Positions 50,470-60,628 are shown, counted from the stretch's first letter. The stretch: DNA of 64,000 bases from an uncultured Bacilli bacterium (GCA_947624045.1 CANQIL010000002.1:2055-66054); one strand, 5' to 3'. The notes: generated by a model from the letters alone, not told the origin. Numbers and translations are program-made.

Positions 50470-50704
50470 AATAACCTTCCTTCTACACTAAAAGCTTAAA
50501 TCTTACAAATTAATCATACTATTTTAAATTGATAAATTCAATATAATTATTATCTTTTCTCACAAAATACTTTTTTCTAATAATTTGTGTCATAATAAAC
50601 AGCAAGTTTTTTGATTGTTCCATAATTTATTTATCCAAATTATATAACATAAACTCTACCATTTTAAAACTCGAACTAATTAAAAGTTCGAGTATCAATC
50701 AATC

Positions 50705-50778
50705 TGGTGCCGAAAGTAAGAATTGAACTTACCGCTGATCCTTACCAAGGATCTGTTTTACCACTAAACTATATCGGC
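50705..50778 (-). tRNA. tRNA-Thr (anticodon GGU), CCA encoded
   Basis: Reverse complement is GCCGATATAGTTTAGTGGTAAAACAGATCCTTGGTAAGGATCAGCGGTAAGTTCAATTCTTACTTTCGGCACCA. One U-U at position 6-67. Hairpin ACTCGAAC/GTTCGAGT lies downstream. Confidence 0.85.
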
Positions 50779-50938
50779 AAATCTACTTATATAATATCAT
50801 AAATAAATCATTTATTAAAGACTATTTTTGTACTTACTATAAAAGTGTCAAATAAAAAGCATTTATTTCATAAAAATTGACTTTTTTTCACTAAAATGGT
50901 AATCTATTCTTATAAAATAGATAATATGGAGGCTAACT

Positions 50939-51208
50939 ATGGATTTTGATATTGATAAAGAAAAAATAACTATTGAAAAAGATGGTAAAGAAGTACAATG
51001 TGATATATTATTCACATTTGATTCTGAAGATACCAATAAATCTTATATCGGTTATACTGATAACACTATCGCAAAAAATGGACGTAAAAATATATATGTT
51101 TCCTCATTTGACCCTTTAAATGGCCCTTCAAAGTTAGAAAATATAACTGATGAAAAAGAACTTGTTATGGTAAGAGATGTCTTAAAAGAAATAGACAGTA
51201 GTAATTAA
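50939..51208 (+). CDS. DUF1292-family small protein
   Basis: ..KEVQCDILFTFDSEDTNKSYIGYTDN...NIYVSSFDP...LENITDEKELVMV.. fits the DUF1292 pattern. Promoter TTGACT-17-TAATCT. Confidence 0.65.
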   Translation: MDFDIDKEKITIEKDGKEVQCDILFTFDSEDTNKSYIGYTDNTIAKNGRKNIYVSSFDPLNGPSKLENITDEKELVMVRDVLKEIDSSN

Positions 51209-51225
51209 TAAAGGGGGAAAAAACG

Positions 51226-54200
51226 ATGAATACATATTTTGAAAGATTAGAAGAAATAATAAAAAGACATGAACAAGAAATAGACCATTTAAATGCTGAA
51301 AGAAATGCTCTACGTCAAGAAGAAAGAAATATGCCTTTAGAAGAATTCAATAGGGAATATCAAAAGATTATAAATTATTTAGAAAATGAAACGAGAAGTT
51401 TGAATGAAGCTCAAACAACTTTAGAATCATATCACTATAATTATGATAAATCTGAAGGTTTAATAAGAGACTTAAGAGTTTTACGTGATGAACTAACCTC
51501 AGCTAGAGACGATAAAGATGAAGATGATATAAATGAAGAAATTACTAGAAAAGAAGAAGAATTAAGAGCCTCTATATCTTTATTACCACTAGAAATGGCT
51601 GATTATTTAAGAAATTCTTTTTTGACCCAAGATAGACTTGATAGAGATGAGTATGATATTGAAGTTCCTACGAATGGTGCTGATGGTGGAGATTTACCCG
51701 AAGAAGTAACGCCTGAAGCACCTTTAAATAATAATGGTGATACCCTAGCTCCATCTTTAGATGTCTTACCAGAAGTAGCCCAGAATGAGTACGATGCAAT
51801 TCAAGTAGAAATAGACAAATTAAGCCAAAGTCAAGTGGAAAACGACGGCATTATCCAAGAAAGTACTACTAAGCTTAATGACATTATGCAAGAAGAACAA
51901 GCTAAATATGAAGAAGAAGGACTACTTGATAGTGAAGATTTAAATAAGTTGCAAGTATATTATATGGGATTAAAAGAAGCAGAAAAAATTACTTTGCAAG
52001 AGGCTAAAAGAAAGAAAGCCTCACTTTCAAGAAAAATAAGAAATTTAGAAAAAAAGCAAGCCGAAATTATTGAAATAAATAATTTTGCTAAGGAAAATAA
52101 TATTTCTTATGAAGAAAGTAAAGTAATATTCTCAAGTATGAAAAACAAAAAAATTAAGAATGCTTTAGAACAAAGAGGTTTAGGTGATATAATTCATAAG
52201 AGTAGTAGAACTAAAGCTGAAAAAGAAACATATAAAAAAGCTCAAGATGAAATAAAAGATGAGATAATTAATTTTCACAAAACTCATCAAGAGATGAATA
52301 TAAAAGATATTATTAATGTTTTATATGGAATGGATAACAAAGTAAGCAAAGTTAAAGAACCTAGAAAGACAAAAGTATCTAAAGATGAGCTTTCCTTAAT
52401 TAATAGTAATGTTAAGCAATTACCTGCGGTTGTAAGAAAAGATGACTTTATACAAAAAAACAAAGATGAAGCTTCTAAATGGACAACTCCTAAATCACCA
52501 TTAGAATTGCCTGCTGCCGTTATAAAAGATGATTCAAAACAAGATAAAAATATCCAACCACAACCAAAAGATACTAAAGACGATAAAGATACTAAAAATA
52601 ATAGTGATAAAGATAATCAACCTCAAAAAAATAAAATTGAGCCTCCTAAAAAGAAGGAGAGTATAAAAGTAAAAAGAGGCTTAAGAGAAATAATAGGAGA
52701 TTTACGTAAGGACTTATATGTAGGTAAAAAAGATGGTAGTCGTTATCGTCGTAGTAATTTAAAGGTAAGTCAAAACTTTGTAAAAGAGTTGCAGTCTGGT
52801 AATACTTTATATAATATAGTTCATGTAGTACCGGCTACAATTAAAGCTAGTATCCAATTACTAGGAAAATTATCGGGCAAGATAATGCTAAGTGAAGAAG
52901 CTAAAGAAATGATGCAGACTCTAGAAACAAGGGTAGATAACTTATCAGCTGAAGATTTAGAAACAATTTATAGGGAATATCGTGGTAATAGAATAAATCA
53001 AGAAAGATATCCACAAGCTTTAAATATGGTAATTGAGAAAAAAGTATCTGAATATATTTTAGGTAAAGTTACGGTTATTAATAATAAAATAGAAGGAAAT
53101 TATGCTTGCTTATTTAGAGATATCCAATTGTTAAAAGAATTAGATGGTGAACTTCGCAAAGGCAAGTTATCAATTGAGAAAAAGACAGAGAAATTAGACC
53201 AAAGAAATTTCGTCTTAGAAGATGCAGCTGATTCTATAAAAGCAATTAGAGAGTTAAAAGTTCAAGCTGATAATTTACTTTCTGGTGGACTTCATGGATT
53301 AAGTGAAGATATGAAAGCTGCTGCTACTAAACTAAATTGTGTAGGTATGCGCTTTACTAAAGAGCATGATTTAGATAATGAATTAGAAGATGCTTTAATG
53401 GATTGCGAAAAAAGAGAAAATAAAGCTATAGCCGAACAAAATGATGAAGAATTACTTAAAGCTTTTATAGAAAGTGAAATGCTTCTAAGCAAGAATACGG
53501 AAATAAGTTATAGTATTTTTGGTAAACGCTCAACTGGTAAAAAATATTATTCTCCATTAGCGGAGCAATTAAATTATAGTAATGACCCTTTTATAAGAGA
53601 TTTATTCTCAACAATTGCGGTTGCTACTTCAGTTATTAGTGCTGTAAATGCTTCTAATAATATTAAAGCTCATCAAGAAGAGACTGAACAATTACTAGTT
53701 TCTGAAAAAGAAATACTCGATAAAGTTCATAAAGCAGGTGAAGAAATTACTTCTAAGAAGGGTGCTATGTATGAAGGAATGCGTGCTCAAGCTAATCAAG
53801 ATGTTTTAACCAATTCTGGTACAATTGAAAGAGCAACCTTAGATGCTAATGGCTGGGCACTTGGAACAGATGCTTATCATGCTGCTGATAAAGCAGGACA
53901 TGCCTTTACTAATAATTTTTATAATAGTGTTCAAGACCGTTTTGCTAGTGTATCTCAAGCTTATACAACAAAGGCTATTGACGAAGCTGGTGCCCTACAA
54001 GAATTAATTAAAATTTCTAATGATTCTCATGCCACACTAGTTAATGTTACTGATAAATGCTTAGAAATACTAAGACCATATGCTCAAAATAATCCACAAT
54101 TTGATTTAGCGGCTGCCCAGGATGCTATGCAATATATCGTTGATCATCCTGATGCTATTGCTAATATGAATCAAGCTATGGCAGATGTTCAAAATGTAGG

Positions 54201-54426
54201 TGAGCAGTTACTTAATATTTCTCAAACTAATATAGAAACTATTTCTAATCTTCCAGGAAATTTAGGAACAACAATAGCATCAGCTGCCTCAGCTTGTGCC
54301 TTAGCTAGTCGTGTATCTAGTACTATGAATACTACTAGAAAAGCAAGATACGGCAATGCTGTAACAGATATGGTAGATGAATATAGTGAACAGCTTGCTA
54401 ATGAAGAAAGTGAAAAAACGCGTTAA
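51226..54426 (+). CDS. 1066-aa coiled-coil-rich protein of unknown function
   Basis: RBS AAGGGGGA, 17 nt after the DUF1292 gene. Long heptad-like E/K-rich stretches, a K/D/P-rich linker with an LPA(V/A)V(R/I)KDD repeat, and two hydrophobic segments near the C-terminus. Confidence 0.6.
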   Translation: MNTYFERLEEIIKRHEQEIDHLNAERNALRQEERNMPLEEFNREYQKIINYLENETRSLNEAQTTLESYHYNYDKSEGLIRDLRVLRDELTSARDDKDEDDINEEITRKEEELRASISLLPLEMADYLRNSFLTQDRLDRDEYDIEVPTNGADGGDLPEEVTPEAPLNNNGDTLAPSLDVLPEVAQNEYDAIQVEIDKLSQSQVENDGIIQESTTKLNDIMQEEQAKYEEEGLLDSEDLNKLQVYYMGLKEAEKITLQEAKRKKASLSRKIRNLEKKQAEIIEINNFAKENNISYEESKVIFSSMKNKKIKNALEQRGLGDIIHKSSRTKAEKETYKKAQDEIKDEIINFHKTHQEMNIKDIINVLYGMDNKVSKVKEPRKTKVSKDELSLINSNVKQLPAVVRKDDFIQKNKDEASKWTTPKSPLELPAAVIKDDSKQDKNIQPQPKDTKDDKDTKNNSDKDNQPQKNKIEPPKKKESIKVKRGLREIIGDLRKDLYVGKKDGSRYRRSNLKVSQNFVKELQSGNTLYNIVHVVPATIKASIQLLGKLSGKIMLSEEAKEMMQTLETRVDNLSAEDLETIYREYRGNRINQERYPQALNMVIEKKVSEYILGKVTVINNKIEGNYACLFRDIQLLKELDGELRKGKLSIEKKTEKLDQRNFVLEDAADSIKAIRELKVQADNLLSGGLHGLSEDMKAAATKLNCVGMRFTKEHDLDNELEDALMDCEKRENKAIAEQNDEELLKAFIESEMLLSKNTEISYSIFGKRSTGKKYYSPLAEQLNYSNDPFIRDLFSTIAVATSVISAVNASNNIKAHQEETEQLLVSEKEILDKVHKAGEEITSKKGAMYEGMRAQANQDVLTNSGTIERATLDANGWALGTDAYHAADKAGHAFTNNFYNSVQDRFASVSQAYTTKAIDEAGALQELIKISNDSHATLVNVTDKCLEILRPYAQNNPQFDLAAAQDAMQYIVDHPDAIANMNQAMADVQNVGEQLLNISQTNIETISNLPGNLGTTIASAASACALASRVSSTMNTTRKARYGNAVTDMVDEYSEQLANEESEKTR

Positions 54427-54430
54427 TAAA

Positions 54431-54463
54431 AACAATGTGAACTAAAAAGTACATTGTTTTTTT
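54431..54463 (+). terminator. Terminator hairpin between convergent genes
   Basis: AACAATGT ... ACATTGTT followed by T5. An A/T run on the other side could also serve the minus-strand operon. Confidence 0.55.
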
Positions 54464-54469
54464 CTGGAC

Positions 54470-55627
54470 TTACTCACTAAATAAAATCTTTTCACTATCA
54501 TATTCTTTAATAATATAGGCTAAGACTAAACTAACAAATACTATAATTGATATAGTCATTAGAACAATATGTAAAACATTAATATTACCACTATTTACAT
54601 CATTAAATATTTGAATATGATTGATAAAAGGGATTAAAGCAATCAAGTTAGTTGTTTTTAAATTAGCCATAAAAGAAATCATTCCCGGGAAGAAGCAAAT
54701 AAAACTAAGCGGTGTCAAAGCACTTTGGGCTTCTTTAAATGTCTTAGCTTTAGAAGCAACGGCAATACATAAGCCACTTATTAAGAAAGAGTATAAAAGT
54801 ATAATTAAAAGCGTTATTAAAATAGTTGTAGTATTAGGTAAAATATTTATCTCTTCATAAATAGAAAACCACTTATTGGAATAGAATAGGGCAACAAGAG
54901 CAAGTATGAATCCTAAAAAGCCTGTAATTATCGAAGTAATAGTTACACTTAAGAATTTACCAATAATTATATCCTTACTCTTAATAGGAAAACTCAAAAG
55001 TGTCTCCAACGTACCTCTTTCTTTTTCACCCGCCGTAGCATCTGTTGCTGGATAAGTTGCTGATACTGTTATGGCCATAATAACAAACAGAAAAGCATAA
55101 CTCGTTGTATAATTAACATAAAAATTCTTTTCTTTTTCATTTATTGTTTTATAAGAAATATTAATAATATCAAAAACTTCATCACTATTAACATTATTTT
55201 TTTTCAAATAATCATCTTGTAAATATTTTTTATAATCATTTAAAAACTTTTCAGCTAAATAAACTGTTTGCGAACTTTTTTCATTATTTTCATCATAATT
55301 TATTTCATAATTATTACCATTCTTAGTAATATATAAATCAATTTTTTCTTCTTCATAAAGTTTTTTTATCTCTTTTTCACTACCAACTTTATAATCAAGA
55401 TTATAATATTTTGCCAAACTCTCCTCAATAAAACCAAATTCATAAGTAAAGCCCATTTTATTAAAATCATCTAAGCTTGTATTAACTTCCATATTAAATA
55501 AAGCTGATATGCCAATAATTAGAAAAGGTATTAAAAAGGGTAGCAGTAACATCATAGCTAAAGATTTTTTATCACGAAAAACTTCTCTTAATTCTTTTTT
55601 TAATATAAGTCCTACTTTATTTTTCAT
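54470..55627 (-). CDS. ABC-2 type transporter permease (NatB-like)
   Basis: N-terminal TM, large extracytoplasmic loop, 5 C-terminal TM segments. Overlaps the ATPase gene. Confidence 0.7.
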   Translation of the reverse strand: MKNKVGLILKKELREVFRDKKSLAMMLLLPFLIPFLIIGISALFNMEVNTSLDDFNKMGFTYEFGFIEESLAKYYNLDYKVGSEKEIKKLYEEEKIDLYITKNGNNYEINYDENNEKSSQTVYLAEKFLNDYKKYLQDDYLKKNNVNSDEVFDIINISYKTINEKEKNFYVNYTTSYAFLFVIMAITVSATYPATDATAGEKERGTLETLLSFPIKSKDIIIGKFLSVTITSIITGFLGFILALVALFYSNKWFSIYEEINILPNTTTILITLLIILLYSFLISGLCIAVASKAKTFKEAQSALTPLSFICFFPGMISFMANLKTTNLIALIPFINHIQIFNDVNSGNINVLHIVLMTISIIVFVSLVLAYIIKEYDSEKILFSE

Positions 55628-56372
55628 CGTTTCCTCCTATAATTTTAAAAAAGCTATCTCTTAGATTAGTTGTTTTTGTTTTCTTCTTTATCTCATTAGG
55701 AGTACCACTCATAATTATTTTTCCCTCATTTATTAAATAAACTCTATCACAAATGTTTTCAGCTTCTTCCATATAATGTGTTGAGTAAAGAATCGTTTTT
55801 TTCTTCTCTTTTTCTTTTTTTATAAAGTCTAAAATTATCTGACTAGAAATTATATCAAGACCACTAGTTGCTTCATCTAATATATAATACTTGGGGTCAT
55901 GAACTAAGCATCTAGCTAAATTAACACGCTGCGTCTGACCAGTTGATAATTTAGCTATTTTATTATATAAAAAATCATCCATCTTAAGAATTTTACTAAT
56001 CTCTTTAATTCTTGCTTCTATTTTTTCTTTAGGATACTCATAAAATAAAAGGCACATCTTCATTAATTCATAAGGTGAAATACTTTGATAAATCTTGGTA
56101 TTACCTGAAAGGTAAGCAATCTTTTTCTTAATATTTATTTCATCTTGTAAAAATGTTACATCATCATAATAAACTTCTCCACTAGTTGCCTCCATAATAC
56201 CACCAATCATTCTAAGTAGAGTAGTCTTACCAGCTCCATTAGGACCTAAAATACCAATTATTTCTCCATCTTTAGCTTCAAGTGATATATCGTTAACAGC
56301 GAAAAATTTCGTCTTTTTCTTTTTCTTAGTAGTTCTTTCAAATTGCTTTTTTAAATTTTTAACAGTAATCAT
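55617..56372 (-). CDS. ABC transporter ATP-binding protein (NatA-like)
   Basis: Walker A GPNGAGKTT, signature LSTGQTQR, Walker B YILDEATSGLD. Confidence 0.92.
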   Translation of the reverse strand: MITVKNLKKQFERTTKKKKKTKFFAVNDISLEAKDGEIIGILGPNGAGKTTLLRMIGGIMEATSGEVYYDDVTFLQDEINIKKKIAYLSGNTKIYQSISPYELMKMCLLFYEYPKEKIEARIKEISKILKMDDFLYNKIAKLSTGQTQRVNLARCLVHDPKYYILDEATSGLDIISSQIILDFIKKEKEKKKTILYSTHYMEEAENICDRVYLINEGKIIMSGTPNEIKKKTKTTNLRDSFFKIIGGNDEK

Positions 56373-56430
56373 AAAATCAATCCTTTACTAAAAGATAAAT
56401 CTATTATATCATAGATTTAGGAGGTTAAAA

Positions 56431-56778
56431 ATGATTATTATTGAATATCCAAAATGTTCTACTTGTAAAAAGGCTGTAGCATTTCTAAAGAAACATAATT
56501 TCGTCTTTGAAACTAGAAATATAAAAGAAAATACTCCATCAAAAGATGAGTTACAAAAAATTATTTTACTAAGTAATTTAGATATTGATAAGTTTTTTAA
56601 TACTAGTGGCCTTGTCTATAGAGAACTTAACTTAAAAGAAAAACTAAAAGATATGTCTTTTGATGAAAAACTAACTCTTTTAAGTAGTAAAGGTATGCTT
56701 ATTAAAAGACCACTTTTAGTTACTGATGACTTTGCCTTAGTTGGCTTTAAAGAAAAAGAATGGGAGGATAGATTATGA
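56431..56778 (+). CDS. ArsC/Spx-superfamily thioredoxin-fold protein
   Basis: N-terminal IIEYPKCSTCKKA..FLKKH...FETRNI pattern. 115 aa. Confidence 0.75.
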   Translation: MIIIEYPKCSTCKKAVAFLKKHNFVFETRNIKENTPSKDELQKIILLSNLDIDKFFNTSGLVYRELNLKEKLKDMSFDEKLTLLSSKGMLIKRPLLVTDDFALVGFKEKEWEDRL

Positions 56779-57137
56779 GAGAATTAAAATTAAAAAGATG
56801 CCTAAAATGTAATAATTTAGTTGAAGATACTTTAAATAAGGAAATTATTTGTTGTGGGGAAGTAATGCAAAATGTTATTCCAAATGAAAATGATGCCAGT
56901 AAAGAAAAACATCTTCCTAATTATGAAGTAGTAGGTGATAAGCTTATTGTTAGTGTTAATCACGTAATGGAAGAAGAGCACTTTATAGAGTGGCTTATGG
57001 TTAAAGGAAAAAATATAACAATAAAGAAAGAATTTACTCCTGATGATAAACCTATCTTAGAAGTTCCTTATGAAAAGGATGTTTTTCTTTATAGTTATTG
57101 TAATAAGCATGGTTTATGGATGAAGAAAGTTTCTTAG
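56775..57137 (+). CDS. Desulfoferrodoxin-type superoxide reductase
   Basis: Desulforedoxin-like CxxC...CC (CLKC..CCGE). Centre II ligands: KEKHLP, EEEHFIEW, CNKHGLW. Confidence 0.8.
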   Translation: MRELKLKRCLKCNNLVEDTLNKEIICCGEVMQNVIPNENDASKEKHLPNYEVVGDKLIVSVNHVMEEEHFIEWLMVKGKNITIKKEFTPDDKPILEVPYEKDVFLYSYCNKHGLWMKKVS

Positions 57138-57424
57138 AAAAAGCACTTGTCTATTCATTATAATGAGGACAGGCGCTATTTGTTTTTACCTAGAAAAAAC
57201 TAAAAAGATGACAAAAAATAAGAGGTTAAAAATGAAAACTATAGAAAAAATTTACAATACTGTGATGATACTTATAATGATTTTAAGAAGAATCTAGATT
57301 CTAATGAATTAATGCAAAACTTAAATGATAGACAAGTAATTGTTACTATAGAAGATGATGATGTTATAATAATTCTAATAATATTAAAAGACTAAGTATT
57401 TATAGATTATGGAGGGTTTGTTTT

Positions 57425-58381
57425 ATGTTAATTAGTGAATTAAAAAGTGAAATTAAAAAATATAAAAAAGAAGAATTAGAAAAAATAATTGTTGAATTAT
57501 ATAAGAGAATTCCTAAATCAAAAAAAGAAGATTATGATATTGATTATTTTATTAAAAATATTGATAGTAAAAAAGTAGAAAAAAAAGAGGTGAATTTTGA
57601 AACTTTAACTAAGGAAATATCTTATTTTTTAGGATGCGTTGATAATGGTTTATATCGCGTTCCTAATAGAATAATTTCAAAAAAGGAACGTAGTACTTGG
57701 CGTTTTAAAGTAAAAAGATATTATAAAGAATTAATTAAAGTTTTACCAGATTCTGAAAATGGTGGTATGGCAACATTTTTATTAATAGAATTATTTAAAA
57801 GATTAAGTACTGGCTCTAATACCTTATTATTTGTTAATTGGGATACATTTAAAGCATTAGGAGTATCTCAATATAATTATTATGATATTATTATGAAAAG
57901 AATTTTATATAATGGTTATACAAAGGATGCTTTAAAAAATTGTATTGATCTTTTGAATGTAAAAAAAGATCCAGATGAACTATCTTATAGTATGTTTGAA
58001 GCTTTATTTGATAATTTAAAGACTTCTAGTACTAAAGAAGAAGCATTAGAATTATTAAATGACAAAATTATAGAATTAAAAAAGGATTTGAAAAATGCCA
58101 AGGACTTTGAGAAATCATTTGCTATAAGTGAATTATTAAATAATTATGTTGAATTAGTTTTTAACATATATATTAGTTTACATGAAAATGAAAAAGCAAT
58201 AGCATTTTTTCAGAATAATTATAATGAAAGAGATAATGAAGTTAAAGAATATGTATTGCTATGTAATCTAGAAGATTTGAATTTAATAGATGAATGGATT
58301 AAAGAGTATGAAGCTAAGCAAAGCAAAATAAATTTTAGAGATTCCCTAAAGAGTAAATATGAAAACTTTAAACATCACTAA
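57425..58381 (+). CDS. Hypothetical protein (N-terminus reminiscent of DUF6155)
   Basis: 318-aa ORF with RBS GGAGGG. SELKSEIKKYKKEELEKIIVELYKRIPKSKKEDY pattern. Weak assignment. Confidence 0.4.
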   Translation: MLISELKSEIKKYKKEELEKIIVELYKRIPKSKKEDYDIDYFIKNIDSKKVEKKEVNFETLTKEISYFLGCVDNGLYRVPNRIISKKERSTWRFKVKRYYKELIKVLPDSENGGMATFLLIELFKRLSTGSNTLLFVNWDTFKALGVSQYNYYDIIMKRILYNGYTKDALKNCIDLLNVKKDPDELSYSMFEALFDNLKTSSTKEEALELLNDKIIELKKDLKNAKDFEKSFAISELLNNYVELVFNIYISLHENEKAIAFFQNNYNERDNEVKEYVLLCNLEDLNLIDEWIKEYEAKQSKINFRDSLKSKYENFKHH

Positions 58382-58626
58382 ATGATAATAACGTTATAGT
58401 TTAAACAATGACAATTTTTGAAAAAACATTGTTAATTCAAAATAAGTAAGTACGATATTGGAAAGAAAAAGGATATGGTGATTAAACATTTTTATGAGTA
58501 TTACAAAACCTTTGTAACCCAGGATTTGTTTAACTGGGATAAAAATTAGGTAAAAACTCTTTATTATCATTTAAAAACCTAGCATTTTCTAGTCTTTTTA
58601 TCATAATTTTTAATAGAGGTGATTTT

Positions 58627-59721
58627 TTGTTTCTAAAGAAAATTGATGAAAGAATAAAAATGCTCTTTTTAATAATCTTAGTATTTTTAGGTTTAATAAT
58701 AGGAAAAGTATTTTATATACAAGTATTTGATTATAAAAAATTAAATAAATTTGCTAAAGACTTATGGAGTAGAGATTTACCTATAGAAGCTGATAGGGGT
58801 AAGATTTTAGATAGAAATGGTAATGTATTAGCTGATAATTTAACGACTACTTCACTTGTTTTAATACCCAATCAAATAAAAAATAAAGAAGAAGTATGTA
58901 ATAATTTAGCCCAAATTTTAAATGTTTCTTATGATGAGATGAAAAAACACGTTTATAAAAAAACTTCTATTGAAAGAGTTCACCCTGAGGGTAGAAGGTT
59001 ACCTTATGAAACAGCTGAAAAAATAGCTGCTTTAAATTATGAAGGGGTTTATTTAGTAAAAGAAGCTAAAAGATATTATCCTTATGGAAATTTACTTTCC
59101 CATAGTTTAGGTTATGTTGGTATTGATAATCAAGGCTTATCCGGATTAGAATTACAATATGATAAGTATTTATCAGGTAAGAGTGGGGCAATTAAGTACT
59201 TTTCTGATTCAAAAGGAAATAAGCTAAATTTATCAGATGTTTATGTAAAACCTCAATCAGGTATGAATTTAACTTTAACAATAGATATAAATATTCAAAA
59301 ATCTTTAGAAAGAGAACTTACTAACGTTATGGATATGTTTGAGGCAGAAAATGCTCTTGCTATTGTGATGGACCCTAATACAGGTGAAATACTAGGTATG
59401 GCTTCTAGGCCTGATTATGACCCTAATAATTATAAAAATTATACTCAAGAAGTTTTAAGTAGAAACTTACCAATTTGGAAGTCTTATGAACCAGGTAGTA
59501 CTTTTAAAGTTGTCACAATGGCAACAGCTATTGAAGAGGGTGTAGTTGATTTAGAAAAAGACCATTTTTATGACTCGGGCAAAGTTAATGTCGACGGTAG
59601 TGTTTTACGTTGTTGGAAAGCCGGGGGACATGGCGACCAGACATTCCTCCAAGTACTGCAGAATTCTTGTAATCTTGGTGTCGATACAGCAACACATATC
59701 AATTTGAGGAAAACCTTATAA
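58627..59721 (+). pseudogene. 5' portion of a SpoVD/FtsI-type class B PBP gene, truncated after the SxN motif
   Basis: TTG start after AGAGGTGA. TM anchor, AKDLWSRDLPIEADRGKILDRNGNVLA, SRPDYDPNNY, SxxK (GSTFK), CWKAGGHGDQTFLQVLQNSCN, then LGVDTATHINLRKTL*. No KTG box or C-terminal domains. Confidence 0.7.
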
Positions 59722-59783
59722 ATAATAAGAATAGTCTTACCCAAATTGATGTTTGTTCTACCTTTAATCTAATCTATAATAAT

Positions 59784-60602
59784 GTGTCATATACGAATAA
59801 TGAAGATATTAAAATAGATAATTCAATGATAAAAATTACTTCTAATAAAAAAGATAACATAAAAAAAATTAACAGTAAGCTATACAATGCTAATACAAAT
59901 ACTTATGAAAATATAATATATAACAAACAGCAAGTTGCTATTGATTTATTAAATAAATTAGATTTTTATATAATGGCTATCAGTAAAAATATTGTCAGAA
60001 ATTATCTTGTAAAAAATATTGTTTATAAGTTAAATAATAGAATTGTTGAAGTACAAGTTAAACAAAATAACTTATTAGTATCTTTTCATAAAGTTGCTAA
60101 AAATTTTGACACTGAAAACAAATTAATAAATCGTAAAGGATATGAAAATAATAGTATATGTTATTCACTAATTGTTGAAGATGATAATAGTTTTAATTAC
60201 GCTATTAGAACTATTGAAAATATTTATAACTTCTTTACTGCCCCAAAAGAAAGTTTAAGTGATAAATTGTTTAATGAATTAAAGTTTAAAATTAAGACTT
60301 TAAATATTTCTATAAGTGAGCATAAAACTAACAAAGGCTTAATGTTTAAGGGAAAAAGAAATTTTGTACTATTATCAAAAACAAATTATGGTGTTTATGT
60401 TAGATTATTAAATGTTAGTAATTCTAATAATGAATTGCATATTGTTACTAGAAAAAACTATGAGCCATTATGTTTATCTTATAAAGTTAGAAAAAATGAA
60501 GATATTGATATTCTACTCCCATATATTAAAGAAAGTTATGAGAAATGTAATATAAATCCTATTGATTTAAAATATGAATTTTATAAATTATATAACAAAT
60601 AA
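59784..60602 (+). CDS. Protein with two DUF5655-like repeats
   Basis: Two copies of the pattern ..helix..(I/M)(V/F)(Y/F)K..(R/N)(I/F)(V/L)..(Q/L).. ending ..LLPYIKESYEK. Start uncertain (GTG 59784 or ATG 59826), with no clear RBS. Confidence 0.45.
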   Translation: MSYTNNEDIKIDNSMIKITSNKKDNIKKINSKLYNANTNTYENIIYNKQQVAIDLLNKLDFYIMAISKNIVRNYLVKNIVYKLNNRIVEVQVKQNNLLVSFHKVAKNFDTENKLINRKGYENNSICYSLIVEDDNSFNYAIRTIENIYNFFTAPKESLSDKLFNELKFKIKTLNISISEHKTNKGLMFKGKRNFVLLSKTNYGVYVRLLNVSNSNNELHIVTRKNYEPLCLSYKVRKNEDIDILLPYIKESYEKCNINPIDLKYEFYKLYNK

Positions 60603-60628
60603 CAAGCACATTTTACTGCTTGTTTTTT
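60602..60628 (+). terminator. Rho-independent terminator
   Basis: ACAAGCA ... TGCTTGT followed by T5. Confidence 0.6.

Noticed and set aside
48527-50778. Non-Watson-Crick pairs in both tRNAs (U-U in the T stem of tRNA-Arg, U-U at 6-67 of tRNA-Thr), raising the possibility of pseudo-tRNAs
   Set aside because: All other cloverleaf features are intact, including the GG D-loop, TTC T-loop, U33, purine 37 and the encoded CCA. Single mismatches are common. This needs tRNAscan-SE scoring to settle.
58440-58515. 24-codon ORF (MVIKHFYEYYKTFVTQDLFNWDKN*) upstream of the truncated PBP gene
   Set aside because: The RBS spacing is poor and there are no supporting signals or recognisable homology. It is probably chance or gene debris.
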